Source of the DNA: Oopsacas minuta
Lineage: Eukaryota > Animalia > Porifera
Reading direction: 5' to 3'
Assembly (NCBI GenBank): GCA_024704765.1
Contig: JAKMXF010000315.1
Location: forward strand, 145,445-209,444
Length of the DNA stretch: 64,000 nt
This document shows, one piece after another, positions 37,050 through 49,662 of the stretch. Numbering within the stretch: position 1 is the first letter of the stretch; every line of letters starts with the position of its first letter. The notes beneath the pieces are model-generated. The model was not told the origin of the DNA and ran no database searches. It saw nothing but the letters and a program-made list of their open reading frames with translations. The position numbers were made by a program, and so were the translations under genes.

Positions 37050-38066
37050 ATTGAATCTATAGAATTATAATGTAAATAACGTCAACAATGATTGTATCGT
37101 ACAGTATACGAATACTCGATAAAGCTGCTATGATAAAAATATTGCTATGCAACTTGAAAACAGTGCTGGGGTAGAGTGAGACTGCATTTCATGGTTTCAC
37201 ACCTGGGTGGACAACAGGAAAAGTTACAACCTAGAATGGTAATCATTAGCTTAATTGAGTGAAGCAGGAAAAGGCACAAAGACAAATACACACCAAACCG
37301 CAATGTACAAGGCATAGGAAAAGGTTAAAACAGCAGCCGCAAATTATGTGATAGTCTAAATGAAGGTAGGCTGAAAATCAAAGCCCACACAATAGGAGTA
37401 GTGCTGTCAGGTCCCAGAAAATTAAATACAACGTATATATGAATGGATGCTCATTTCTAAGTATTTTACCTTTGCATTCTTGGGTTATTATTAAAATATA
37501 GTTAATCATAGCCTACTAATAAAATAAAAGCTGCTCAATTATTCATCAGGGTAGGCAAGTGGAGGAAATTCAAAATCCATAATAGCCCCAAAGGGCCGTT
37601 AGGAAAGTAAAGAGGTTGAAAAGGTTGGTGGACCCAGAATTATTTTTCAAGGAAAACAAAAAATAATTCATTCATGAAAAAATTCTGATCGAAATGACGA
37701 GAACTGTTAGCGTGATTGTATAAAAAAAATGCTCCTTCTTTCAGACATAATAGAAAGTGAATGGTTGATATATGCTCAGAATGTTGAAATACAAAATTAT
37801 CTAACATATTTACAGTACAAAATATAAGAATTGGTCATGATAATTTTGGCAATTTTCTGAGTTACAAAAGAGAGCAAGTGTGGTAAATACTTTGCCAAAA
37901 TCCATTTAATATCCTCTACCAACTAAAAATTAGAATGCTATTCCTCAGAGTTTCAATATTTTGTAATGAAAGTAAAATTTCTTTCATATGGCACAAATGT
38001 GTATACGAATTTTCAGAATTGAAGTCAATTTTTAAGTGGTATATTTTAAAATCGGATTCCGAAGTT

Positions 38067-38456
38067 CAGGGCTGGAGTTGCTTAACCAAATTAAGGGGGT
38101 GGTTAAAACCTTTTAGAAATAGTGGTTACCTAGTTAACAGCTACAATTATTCTTTTACACAATCAATGATGTTTTGAGACTAAAATTAGAAATATCAAAG
38201 CTTAGTTATTAAATATATGCAATCGTGATACGAATATAATTTTCAAACCAGTTGAAATTTGAGAATATGGAACAAAATTAGAACATCTAATATTTACCGA
38301 ACTACCAGAATTCGCGTATATGGAATTCCGTACCTTTGCAATACTGTATATGGTGGAAATGACACTTTTCCGTTAACCGGATATGATTTTATCCTAGCAG
38401 TTAACTGAATAAAGCAGCGGTTGACCAATTAAGCCGACTAACCGAATCCAACCCTG
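38067..38456. mobile_element. hAT-like MITE
   Basis: Ends are cagggctgga and tccaaccctg, with internal (g)gttaacc motifs. The flanks cgaagtt / caaagtt resemble a degenerate TSD. A similar start, cagggctgggattggttaaccg, occurs at ~60109. Confidence 0.45.
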
Positions 38457-38552
38457 CAAAGTTTTAACGTCAGTATTTAAGGAATATTGTGAATTTTTGA
38501 CCAATTATTTTTCTAAATAGTCATGATGGCTATAAAGAAATTTCCTAATGTA

Positions 38553-39893
38553 CTATCATGGCGTTCAATAAGTCTTGCGGGTCATGATATATCTTAGGAA
38601 TTAGTCAAGTAATATATTCAACTTTCATATATTATAAGCCCATATAGTTAAACTCAATATACTGAAAGTTTCAAGCTTATTCAATACAAATTATGAATTT
38701 TTGAGATAGGTACGTGTAGTCAATTTATACCCACTGTTGAATTTATGGCTTCAAAGGATGATTATTTCAACCTCAAATGGCGAGCTTACATAGAGTTTCG
38801 CACAATACTCAAGATCCAGCCCGTACAGATCTTCAGCGAGTTACAGGAGACATTGTGCGTGGATTGCCCTTCCAGATCTACTGTAGAGCGATGGGCTGTC
38901 CGTTTTAGCTCTGGTGATGCTGATGTCACAGATTTGCCTCGATCTGGGAGACCGGTATCCGCCACCACTTCAGAGAATATCGCACTCATTGAAAGTATGG
39001 TCATGGAAGACAAGTGCATTACTGTCAATCAGTTATAGCAAAGTATGGAGATTTCATCGGAGCTATTCATACAATTCTGACGACTGAGCTTGGCTACCGA
39101 TCGATTTGTGGGAAATGGGTCTCGCATAAGCTCAGTGAGAATCAAAGGTTGGCAAGACTGAATATTGCCAAGAAACTTTTGGAAACTTATGAGAACTGCG
39201 ATTCTAGACGCTTAACAGAGATTATTACTGGTGACGAGACGTGGGTGTACTATTCAACATCATATAGCAAGTATAAGAAGCAATCATGGTGAGGGGCGAC
39301 GAACACCCGGTGAAAATTTCTAGGCCCAACTACAGAAAACTTAAGATAATGTATACCATCTTCTTCAGTAGTCATGGAATTGTCTTGCAATTACCTTGTG
39401 AGAATGACAAAGCAGTTACTGCTACATTCTTTACAGAGCATGTGTTTCGAAACTTGATAAAGAATATAGAAAGTACCGTCCGAAAACCGGAACGAACTCG
39501 AAGAATGAAGATTTTGATTGATAACGCCAGGTCCCATACAGCTAGCTTACCAAAAATTTCTTGGATTTAGAAGGGTTAGAATTACTTCCCCATCCACCAT
39601 ACTCACTAGACCTAACACCCGTGTGATATTTGGCTATTCTCCAAGCTTAAAATCTACCTTCAAGGCAAAGATTTTAACATATTACAAGCTCTCGGAACGT
39701 GCTGTACCAGTACTTCATATCCATCCCCGAAGAAGAGTACAGAAATGTGTTTTACAAGTGGGTGGAAAGGTTCAAACCTTGTGTATCTGCAGGAGGGGAT
39801 TACTTTGAATAAATAATATAGTGAATTAGTGTGTATAGTGTTTGCATCATATTCTATGATATCACCCGCAAGACTTATTGAACGTCCTAGTAG
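38553..39893 (+). mobile_element. Mariner (DD34D) element, ~1.34 kb
   Basis: TA-flanked TIRs ctatcatggcgttcaataagtcttgcggg and cccgcaagacttattgaacgtcctagtag. Confidence 0.9.
38745..39812 (+). pseudogene. Mariner transposase, multiply frameshifted
   Basis: Reads MASKDDYFNLKWRAYIEF..PRSGRP, CGKWVSHKL, ITGDETW, LIDNARSH, HPPYSLDL, GGDYFE*. Confidence 0.9.
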
Positions 39894-39912
39894 TATGAAT
39901 TATGAATTGCTA

Positions 39913-40880
39913 TTAAATAAACCCACCATTGTTTTTAGTTACAGCCTTTATTCTGTCTAGTAAAGCCCCTTCCGCGGCACGTAGGACCTCTTGGGGAAAT
40001 TTTTGCCGTTCTGTTAGCAAAGAACTCTTCAAAGACTCAATAGTTTTGAGAGATTTACTACAGGCATTTGGTTTCGAGAATGGATCATACAGAATAATGG
40101 GTTTGAACTGGGCTGCAAGGAGGCCACTGTTCTTTACTGATAAACCTGGGATAATGCTATGAAACCAATTTTGAGTGGTATTTGCGGTATAGGCAGGGGC
40201 TCCATCTTGTTGAAAGACGAAGGAGCTCCTATTGAACATTATTGCCCTAAATTCTTCACAACCTGGTTCTAAAATCAACTCATCGTAGGTAGAAGCATTA
40301 TTTTTATCCCCGTTGGGGACAAAACTAGAGGTGTGCACCCACTAGCCGATATTCCTGCCCAAACCATCACTGACATGGTTTTTGTACCCGAGGGACATAT
40401 CTGAGCATTTTTTATTGCTGCATGTAGTGGTTGATATTATCCTGTCATTTTGACTCATCGAAACATCTTAGAATGTGAATATTTTCTCATCTGAAAACGA
40501 GATATTTTCCAGATCACTAGTTGCGTGTCGACCCATTTCCCCTTCATATCACAGTAGTTTCTTCTCTCTACCTGTTCGCTAAGGTAATGAACTTTCTTTA
40601 TCTTGTAAGATCGCATCCCTAAGGCGGTTTTTACAACTTTTCGGATTGAAAATTCGGAAACTTTGAGTTCTAGAGCCATTTTTTCTCATCGAACGATGTG
40701 GATTTCGACGAATCCGTTCCCTCAAAGCATTCTTGGTTGTGGAGTCCTTATTGAACGCGGACGACCACTTCTTGCCCTGTCTACAACTTCTCTGTTCTCC
40801 TTGTACCTACTTATAGTCTGATTTACAAACTTTCGCCTATTTCAAGGAAACTTCAACAATTTCATTATTCATGCATGTGT
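39913..40880 (-). pseudogene. maT/DD37D-like Tc1/mariner transposase relic
   Basis: Reads RARSGRPRSIRT..RIRRNPHRSMRKMALELKVS, FVFQQDGAPAYTANTTQNW, ESLKSSLL..KFPQEVLRAA..RIKAV..GGFI*. Confidence 0.75.
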
Positions 40881-41446
40881 CCGCCCGGATTAGAATAATT
40901 CAATTATTCCACACCTCTCTTCATCAATCAGGAATATATTTTCAAAATCTGTTTATTAGGTGTTATTAAGTTAGATCCTTACAGTAAAGTATTAATATAA
41001 CTTAGATATGCTTGTATATACACTAATACATTGGTTATGCTTAAATGTTTGGGTACTCTAAATTGGGGACAGAACTTATATCGCAGCCGGTAGATACTTA
41101 CATATCAAAATAGGCTTTCAATATCAGGGTGGTCATTTGTTTGGGTTTTCTCTTGACAAACCAAATCGTCCAGCAAAAATAATCTTGGCACTTATGCTGG
41201 CTCTTCTTTTGGGACTTCTCGCTTTTGTTGCTATACTGATACAAATTTTTTCTTTGAATGCAGGAATACAATATGAACAGGTTAATTTATTTTGGAAAAT
41301 AGTTCCGTGCCTGAGATGGTTATATCTTCATGCCATGAATGACAATCTACAAAGTAATCAGATTCTTTTCACCAAAACTTTGAAAATCAAAGTATATTTT
41401 CCATCAAGCATCCAATCGAAAATGATCAGTATTGTGAGTTTTTCTT

Positions 41447-42510
41447 TTCTATAACCCAGTGCATCCTGTGAAGAACATTACGAACAATTGGAGCAGAAAA
41501 AAGATGAAGATGCTTAAATTTTTCATAAAGAAAAAGATACCGTTTGCAATGTATCTTGATCATATCTTGTAAACATCTATAAAACGAGCCCGAAGGAATG
41601 GTTACCCTTACCACAATATCATATGCAGCCCTGTACCCAACAAACTTCGACAAATAAAGTTTCTCTTGCTTTGCAAATATTCACTGAAAATTTCCACTCT
41701 TACTGAGACAACAAGAAGCTCATGAAACAGCACGGTTCATTGCATTTGTTGACAAATTGTGGTCTATGTTGAATATTAGAGTCCTAGTGTTAGCATAATG
41801 AAAGATGATATGAACAGAGAGGTGTTTACTAATATAGACGATGCTAGATTAGAGTTCATGAGTTATATGGCTACCATGTTTAGCAAATAGATACCTCCTC
41901 AGGGTCCTAAACTACACGTGGAATGAGGCTTACCAGTGATACAAGCAATGCTCTACACATCACCCTTAATGGTTTAACCACACATATACAAAAGGTGGTC
42001 TCAGAAATGAGCAATGTTTTGACTGCTGAACTGCAAAGCGATCGTTTAGAAGGTGAATGATAAATGGATACTTTCAAGATGCCACCGACTTTATAGTTGT
42101 AGAGCGGTCATACCTATATTATTTCGCCAGATATATAACATGCAAGGAAAAAATCAATGTCGACAGCGAAAACGTGGAATATGTGGAGGAGTCAGAGTTT
42201 ACCACAATGCAATCATGTAGTAAACTCTGCCATCCAAGTTGAAGAACCTTTAGATCTTTTATTGTCTTGTTCTACTGGATTGCTGAGGGTATTTTGGAGT
42301 TCGGCTCTTATAGTATACCCGCACGTAATTCAGTTCTCCGCCGATTTGCTAAATGCTTTGGGAAGGCATCCACTAAGAAGGCAAACCAACAACTGCGGAT
42401 TGACAAGGAATCGAAATGCATAAAATACTGCGCATGTCAAATAGAATATGACTTAGCAGATCAACATATCGGACCAAAAATTTCAAATAATTTATTCATT
42501 TGGTGTTGAT
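41447..42510 (+). pseudogene. P-element-like (THAP9-type) transposase relic
   Basis: Across frameshifts it reads FYNPVHPVKNITNNW, ALYPTNFDK, VSLALQIF, ETARFIAFVDKLWSMLNI, LTSDTSNALHITLNGL and VLTAELQSDRLEGE. Confidence 0.75.
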
Positions 42511-43063
42511 GAAGCCCTAAACATATGTATTATGTCAAATATTGCTACTTATCTGTGTCGATCGTGATGTCGAACCGTTACGTCGCAACCACTCCTTTAC
42601 CATTAGCCTTGTGTGAGTGAAGGATAGGATCTTAACCCTATAAAGGATCAATTGTATAATTCAGACCACAAAAAATGCGCTAGGAATCAAATTTCGTGCA
42701 TATATAACAAAAACATGGGATTGACTATATTTGGACGAGACTACGCCTTTTGTCAAAATCAGGGTGGGGAGTGAGTTTTTGAAACTTGAAATTTTCATTT
42801 TTGAATTCAACGCGAAGGATTGTGTTAGATTCCAAATTTTAGGACAAAAATATAGAATTGATCATACTTGCAGTCGTAAAATGTGCAGCCTATGCATTTT
42901 TGATTGTGGTTTGGCTTAGTCAAGACAAGAAAAATTAGTAGTAGGTGGTACAGGAAAGTGAAATCGAATGAAAAGTTGATATAATTCAATATCCCCTTGA
43001 ATATCTAAAGTAATGTGAAATTGAATGAACAAACTTCTTAGATGTCCAGAAACTCATTGAAAA

Positions 43064-44366
43064 CGAAGGGCATTCGAAAAGTTTTGCCGTTTGATATGAA
43101 ACCATTAATCTGTCGGATATTTTTCCGCATCCATCTTTTCAGACATATTGTATTACTCTACTTTGAAACTTTCATTCATTTATCTCTTCTACTTTCATAA
43201 ATGAAATAATTATAGTATACATGGCTTCTAAAATATCTCAATCTAAATCAGATCTCACAAAACGTGATTTTCGAGCAATGATTTTTATCTTATTCAAACT
43301 ACAGAAGACAAGAGTAGAAATCTATGAATCTTTCCAGGAACATTTCCCGAATCTAGTTCCTTCTCTAAGTACAGTTGAACGATGGTATAGGGAATTTATT
43401 GACGGAAGCTTTGTTCTTGAAGATGCCCCTCGTTCAGGAAGACTGAATATTTCACATAATGAAGAAAATGTTAACGAAATGCTAGATCTAATTACTAAAG
43501 ATCCTCATATTACGTACGCTCAGTTAGAGTATGAAACTGAGTATCATAGGGACAATTAATATCATTTTGCACAAAGAGCTTTGTGTCAGGAAGTTGTGTG
43601 CCCGATGGATCCCCCATTCTTTGAAATTACAGCAAAAACTATCCCGCATAGACTTTTGCAAATGTATGCTCAAAAAGTTTGCTACTGGAAGTTCAAGAGC
43701 TGTTGCTGAGATCCTTACAAGTAATCAGACATGGATATACCATTATGATCCAGAAACAAAGCGAATGTCAAAGGAGTGAGTTGAAGAAGATGCCCCACCT
43801 CCAACCAAAGTGCGGAGGGCTCGATCTGTTGGGAAACAAATATGGGCGATTATTTTCAGATCTACTGGGTTTATCGAGATTGTTGCTCTCGAGGATAGAA
43901 AGACCGTCACTGCCGACTGGTACACTACAGTGTGCCTACCCAAAGTCATCACAGCAATTGAGTCACAGGGGCAGAAGCCAGACATTACAGGAATTGTTCT
44001 TCATCAAGTAATGCATCATCGCATACAGCAATCAGAACTCGTGAGTTTTTGGAAATTCTGGACTCAAAACATTACCTCACCCATCCTACAGTCCTGATTT
44101 AGCCCCTTGCGACTTCTGGTTGTCCCTACACTCAAAGATCAATTAGGTGGGAGGAGATATTCGAAGAATAAGGAGTTGAGAGGAGCACTTTTCCAGGCGA
44201 TCGGAGACATAGCCAAAGAAGGGTGGAAAAAATGTTTTGATAATTGGTTTAGAAGAATGAAATAATGTGTAGATTATCAGGGAGAGTATTTGAAAAAATA
44301 TAATAGTCTATTATATGACTACTATCTGATATATCGGTCAATGTCAAAACGTTTGAGAGCCCCTCG
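43064..44366 (+). mobile_element. Mariner (DD34D) element, ~1.3 kb, with diverged TIRs
   Basis: The left end cgaagggcattcgaaaagttttgcc matches the reverse complement of the right end, cgaggggctctcaaacgttttgac. TA is present on the right and AA on the left. Confidence 0.8.
43221..44303 (+). pseudogene. Mariner transposase, frameshifted
   Basis: Reads MASKISQSKSDLTKRDFRAMI..PRSGR, CARWIPHSL, LTSNQTWIYHYDPE (degenerate GDETW), HPSYSPDLAPCDFW. Confidence 0.85.
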
Positions 44367-44474
44367 TAGGTGCAGAAATGTGAGATTTAATGATTTAAAT
44401 TGTTTCTTGTTAGAATATTCGTTAATAAGTGCAGACATGTGAAAGTGAATGAAGAAACATTTTAAGTGTCATAA

Positions 44475-47465
44475 CAGTGTTCCCTCTAAGAATCGGCCAA
44501 TGGAGGGTCTGGCCGGCTGCGCCGCCCAGGCCCTCGGCCGTATGATTACCAGATTCCAATATCTGTCGACCCATCATAATGATTGATATACATTTGATAG
44601 ATTATAATAATTTCTAGTATATAATACTAATTAGAAATAGTTACTGATTACTGATACAATATTGAAATAGTGTCTGGATCAAGTAGTAAGCTGCTATTTA
44701 AATATCCAATTTAATCGATTCTTCTTCTTTTACTTGATGGTAGTGCATAAACTGGTTCCTCAAGATACTTAACAATATCTAAAGAGAGATGGCAACCTTC
44801 GTCCAAAAGCTCCATTTCAGATTCGATATCTGATTCTTCATCTTCACTGCTCCAGTCATCAGAGTCCTCGGCTACATCACCGTCTCTTTCTGAGCAATCA
44901 CTGTCGAACTGATCTTCAATTTTCTCAATATCAGTAGCGTGTTGGAAAACTAACCTGGGTCTGGGATTTTGAACATTGCGAACTCGCCTAAACCGTTGCC
45001 CTCCCCTTGCTGCGAGAATCTCGGAAACGGTAGGCACAGGGTTGAGACGAAGACTCATAGCGGAGTTCAAGTGTTCACCGCTGAGTCGATTCCTTAGCGA
45101 GTTTTCAACCTTACTAACTGAGAGAAACCGCGCTCCGCAATACTACTATCAACCGCTCTGCAACCGATGATCTCAATACGGTGTTTTCCAACCTTGGAAG
45201 AGCGACTGTCAAGTTTGAAGGTTTCGGAAGAGAGCTTGTATTTAACATAGATATTTCGGTTCAGGGCCTCTCTCTGCAGTTTGTTAAAACCTCCAACGAA
45301 CCCTTTGGTCAGTTCAGAATCCGACATGTTGAACTCATCAAAAAATCTTCTGAAAACACTCAAATGGTGCTTGAAACTGTGTGTGACAAGATCTTGGTCA
45401 AACCTAAGTGAATCACATTCCAACTCAACCCCTGTAGCACGTTCTTTTTGAACTCGCTCCTTCAGTACACGGAAATCGTAAATGGCGATCATTTACCTTC
45501 ACTAACAGGAATCCGCTTATTCACAGAATTCATTAAAGTATGGATCAAAGATTTTACGGCGACGACGGACTTAGTTTTGGGAACATTATCAGGCAAATCA
45601 GACAACCGCCCAACACCAATCTGAATAAGCAGGAACGCTTCCCATGGTGTCTGCACTGATGCCTGGAGAAACTTTGATAATGTGAACATGATGCTAACTG
45701 CTTTGCGCACTGTTCCCATCTCACTTAGAAAATTGTCATCGGTCAAATACTCACGAATAAAACAACCTTCCAGACTAGTTCTAACCTTGTCATTCTCGGC
45801 AATGAAGGCAACAATGGCACGATGACTGCGAACAACTGCGCGTATTGCAGGATGTCGAGACAACCACCTAGTGTCGTTCCATGACCCAGGTATTTCAACG
45901 CGAGTGAAGACATCGATCAACTTCTCGTACTGATGTCTACGTTCTGAACTACGAGCAAACCAATTATGGACATATTTAACAACCAACTCGATTTTATCCG
46001 CTAATATTGTCACCACATTTGGTGCATCCTAAGACACGAACACATCATTCAGACTTAGATTCAGACGATGTAGAACACAATGAGCCGCAAAGATCCTGTT
46101 TTCACCAAGGTCAGGGGTGACCTTGAAGTTGATAATGCGATTCAGGCGAACTATGACCCCATTGACGGCACCGCGCATTGTACTGCAACCGTCTGATGAG
46201 ACACTTGCCAACTTAGTTATGTCTAAAGCTTATCTCTTGAGAATAGAGACAACAGCCTCAACAATATCGACTGACTTACTGCCTTCCATACTGACATGAC
46301 CGAGGAACTTTTGCGACGCGTGATGCTGGGTCTGTAAATAGACTATTTAGTTGCTCCAGAACCCCACAATCTGTAGTCTCGTCAATTGTAATGCCGAAAC
46401 AATTGATATCACGAATAGCGTCCTTGATAGTTTGGAACTGAAAATTGGCGGCAGTTACCCACCAGACGAATCCATAATTTTTTGATTGCCAGCCAGTGGC
46501 GGTGTTGACGCCATTGCGACGCAGTAGACGGGCGATTGGGGCGACTTTGAAGCAGCCAATTCAAATACAGCGGTCTCCAATGCAACATCGATGAGAGGGA
46601 GAATTGTCATATTCTCTTTCTGTAGCTTTTCTTCTCTTTGGCGAAGATTCTTTTCGACACCCCTAGCCAGTATCTCAGGCATGGCTATCTGTGTACCATG
46701 GTCCTTTGTTGAGTGTTCATTGCAACGACAACGTTTGACGCCTTCCTTGGGGGTACCGGGGCATTCACGCACTGTGACCACAAGTTCCTCCCAGTTACAA
46801 CTCCGGGACGCTTGGAACAAACTGAACATCTATACTTGTAATGCAGGTGGTACCGGCGATCTTCTGGGTCTCCAACCAACTGAAGAGGCTTGAATTTTTG
46901 TGATCTTGAATTGAGGGCATGAGAGGAAGTTCATCTAAAATTTAGTAAAATCTAAGTATAATGGAAAGGAGGCATGTTTCCAAGTATCTAGTGTAGATAT
47001 ATTATAATAAGTATATTGTTATTAACATAATAAAATACCTAGCCAAAAGTACCAGTTTAATAAATGATATAGCCTGATATCTAAGTTGCAGAAATTATGC
47101 CCCAGCCTGTAATGTCAAATGATGATGCTTTAATTCGTCTCACAATTGCAGTCAGAAAAGGGCAACCATTTCAGTACTGGGCTACTATTACATAGTCGGC
47201 ACAGTAAAATGAATATATTCATAATCTGAAAGAACATCTTTATTATATGCATAAGCATATGAAATGAATTCGTGCTTATGATTTTTAAATTTGTCAAGTA
47301 AAATTATTATTGAGAGTTACAAACTTACAATATTCATGAATTCATGAATGGTCAAAATTTCAGGAAAAATAATGAAATTGGCCTGTTTGTCAAAAACACG
47401 ATTCTGTCAGCCAACGGCTATGGTGATGGCTGATTCTGTTGGCCGACGCTTTAGAGGGAATACTG
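44475..47465 (-). mobile_element. hAT transposon copy B, an inverted near-identical copy of 21302-24292
   Basis: TIRs are cagtgttccctctaag (44475) and ttagagggaatactg (47465). Eight ORF-track translations are identical to copy A and a ninth differs by one residue. No TSD (tgtcataa versus actattgt). Confidence 0.9.
44711..46887 (-). pseudogene. hAT transposase with the same lesions as copy A
   Basis: The fragment ORFs of 175, 132, 119 and 60 aa are identical to those in copy A. Confidence 0.85.
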
Positions 47466-47869
47466 ACTATTGTAAATCTTCTGTCAACTTATATACTTCG
47501 ATTAATCTTAAATTACATGGTGTCATAATTAAAAATTGAAAATAGTTTTCGTAAATTACTCAACCTTCTCGCACATCGCCTGGAATAGTCCTGCCTTAGC
47601 TCCATGCGTAGGCACACCGCATGTTGGAACCCCTGCATTGGACTATGGAAGATTATTGGATGTGCATATTGCCCATTGAGGTTTACGAGTAAGAGATTTT
47701 GATTACGAGTGTTACAATGTATCAAAAGGAATGCGAATTCACTGAAGATATACTTCTGACTTGTTACATCCATTATACACATAGGAATTTCTGACGAATC
47801 TGCACAGTAGGGAAGTTATATCATGCATTATATTAAGGTTTAAATTAGGAGACTTACTACAGGATACTG

Positions 47870-48690
47870 TGACAAAATTTCTGAAATGATGTTCTTGAAA
47901 CTGAATATCCAGTTTTTTCCTCCTGCAATGTTCTGCCAAATAGGTATCGAGTAGTTCCGGATTAGTTGTCATCGAATTTCTGCTTCTTTTTTAACTATGT
48001 CGTCAAACAGATTCAATGGTTTGCGTACACACGCCTATTGTTGGGTCTATGAAAATTTCGTTATATTAATTGTATAATGAGGAAATGTTCCAAGGTGTAT
48101 TTGATTTTAGGAAACCCATTTGTCAAACATTATGATACTTCCTGGGCGAATAAATTCGTTAATCAATGGAATGAGTGTAGATACCAATCTATCTGCAACT
48201 GGAATCATAAACATGTCGCTAGTTCCCCTACAAATTCCACCAAACTCACATTTCCCAGTTAGTAATCTACCACGACTGTATTTTTGATGATCAAATTTGC
48301 TTTCTTCAAATTCCACAATTTCTCCTGCTCTTCCTATAGGCTCGGGGCACGATAAATACCCTGTTACACAAACGTCACGTATATAGTTTTTCCAATCTGT
48401 AATGGTGGACCTTGACCATCCTAAATTTTCTTAAAAGTTTCAGTAGTCTGATAATCCTTTGACCAGAGAAAAATCAACTCAAGTAACTCAAATTTTCCTA
48501 TCATAATAAATCTTCCGCATTTACATACCATTCCTTTTATCAGAAGACCAGTTTCTTGCAACCATCTGATGACTGCATCTTGGTCAGTAACTATGCTTTG
48601 GTAAAATCTTTTCAACGGAACAACACCAATATCAGGAAAAATAATTGGCATTAACATCGAAGTATATGTTATTGAAGCAGCAGCCATGGA
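47870..48690 (-). pseudogene. Merlin (IS1016/ISXO2-like) transposase relic
   Basis: Reads AVIRWLQETGLL..MVCKCG, VEFEESKF..KYSRGR..FGGICRGT..IPVADR..TLIPLINEFIRPGSIIMFDKW, FIDPTIGVCTQTIESV*, DTYLAEH. Confidence 0.8.
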
Positions 48691-49427
48691 TTCATGTTTG
48701 AATGAATTCTAAAGTGATAAATGGCAAAATGCTATATTTATGTTGACAAGTGCAAAATGTAATATGGTAAGGTTAACTATCCGGACAACAAAACATTGAG
48801 AACAAACAAGTATTGAGCATTTGGAGCGCTAGCATCGGGCTAGATACTCATCTAGATTTTGTCAGCCCATTAATTTGCTCTATCAGCTAAGTTGTGGTGG
48901 GTAGAAATTGGCCTAAAAATTCGAAATAATTGATCAAAAGATACAATCACGGATTACTGAATTTTGGATGAATTTGACGTCTGTGAAGATATAGACAAAT
49001 TTCGGTCTATTTTATACTATAATTTCTAAAATATTTCTTACTTTATATCGTAAATGTCAAAGAAAATTTTTGAGTTTTCATCACATGCAATATTGTATTT
49101 AATATTTATGGGTGGGTTGGCATGTGTTATGAGCCTGCGCCTGATATTTTAAGCAATTACATGCCGTTTAAAGAACTGCATGAAAATCTCTTGATAACAA
49201 CAGACACCCCCAAAAAACATTATCGCGTACGCTATTTTATTGCAATAACAGTTTTATATTTTTTATCCATTACCATTGGTCAACTACAGTATTACCGCCT
49301 GGGAAACTTGTATGTAGTAACTACTAACCGAAGCATATCTTATCCGATTATTCTTCCCATTCAATTAATTTACTTGATATTTTATTTTGTTTAGCGTGTA
49401 GAAGGTTCATTAACTATTGTATCTAGA

Positions 49428-49662
49428 ATGTTTTCAGAATTTACCAAGAGTTCTTTTCAGGAAATTTCTCCAATTTTTTCCCCTTCTACATATTCACAAG
49501 ATTCCCTTCCCATTCCAATCAGTCACACTGATCATCCAATCGTCACAGGATCTTCAGTTATTGGCGTTGCTTGTTCCGATTGTGTTTTGGTAGCTGCTGA
49601 TACTTTAGGTTCATACGGTAGTCTCGCAAGGTTTACTTCTATTTCGAGAATTATACTAGTGG
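49428..49662 (+). CDS. PSMB4: First exon of proteasome subunit beta type-4 (beta7)-like gene; downstream exons not recognised
   Basis: [12 protein letters not shown]...[24 protein letters not shown] closely matches the beta7 signature (NPMVTGTSVLG...[18 protein letters not shown]). It has a propeptide-like N-terminus and a donor g|GTATGT at 49663. Confidence 0.8.
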
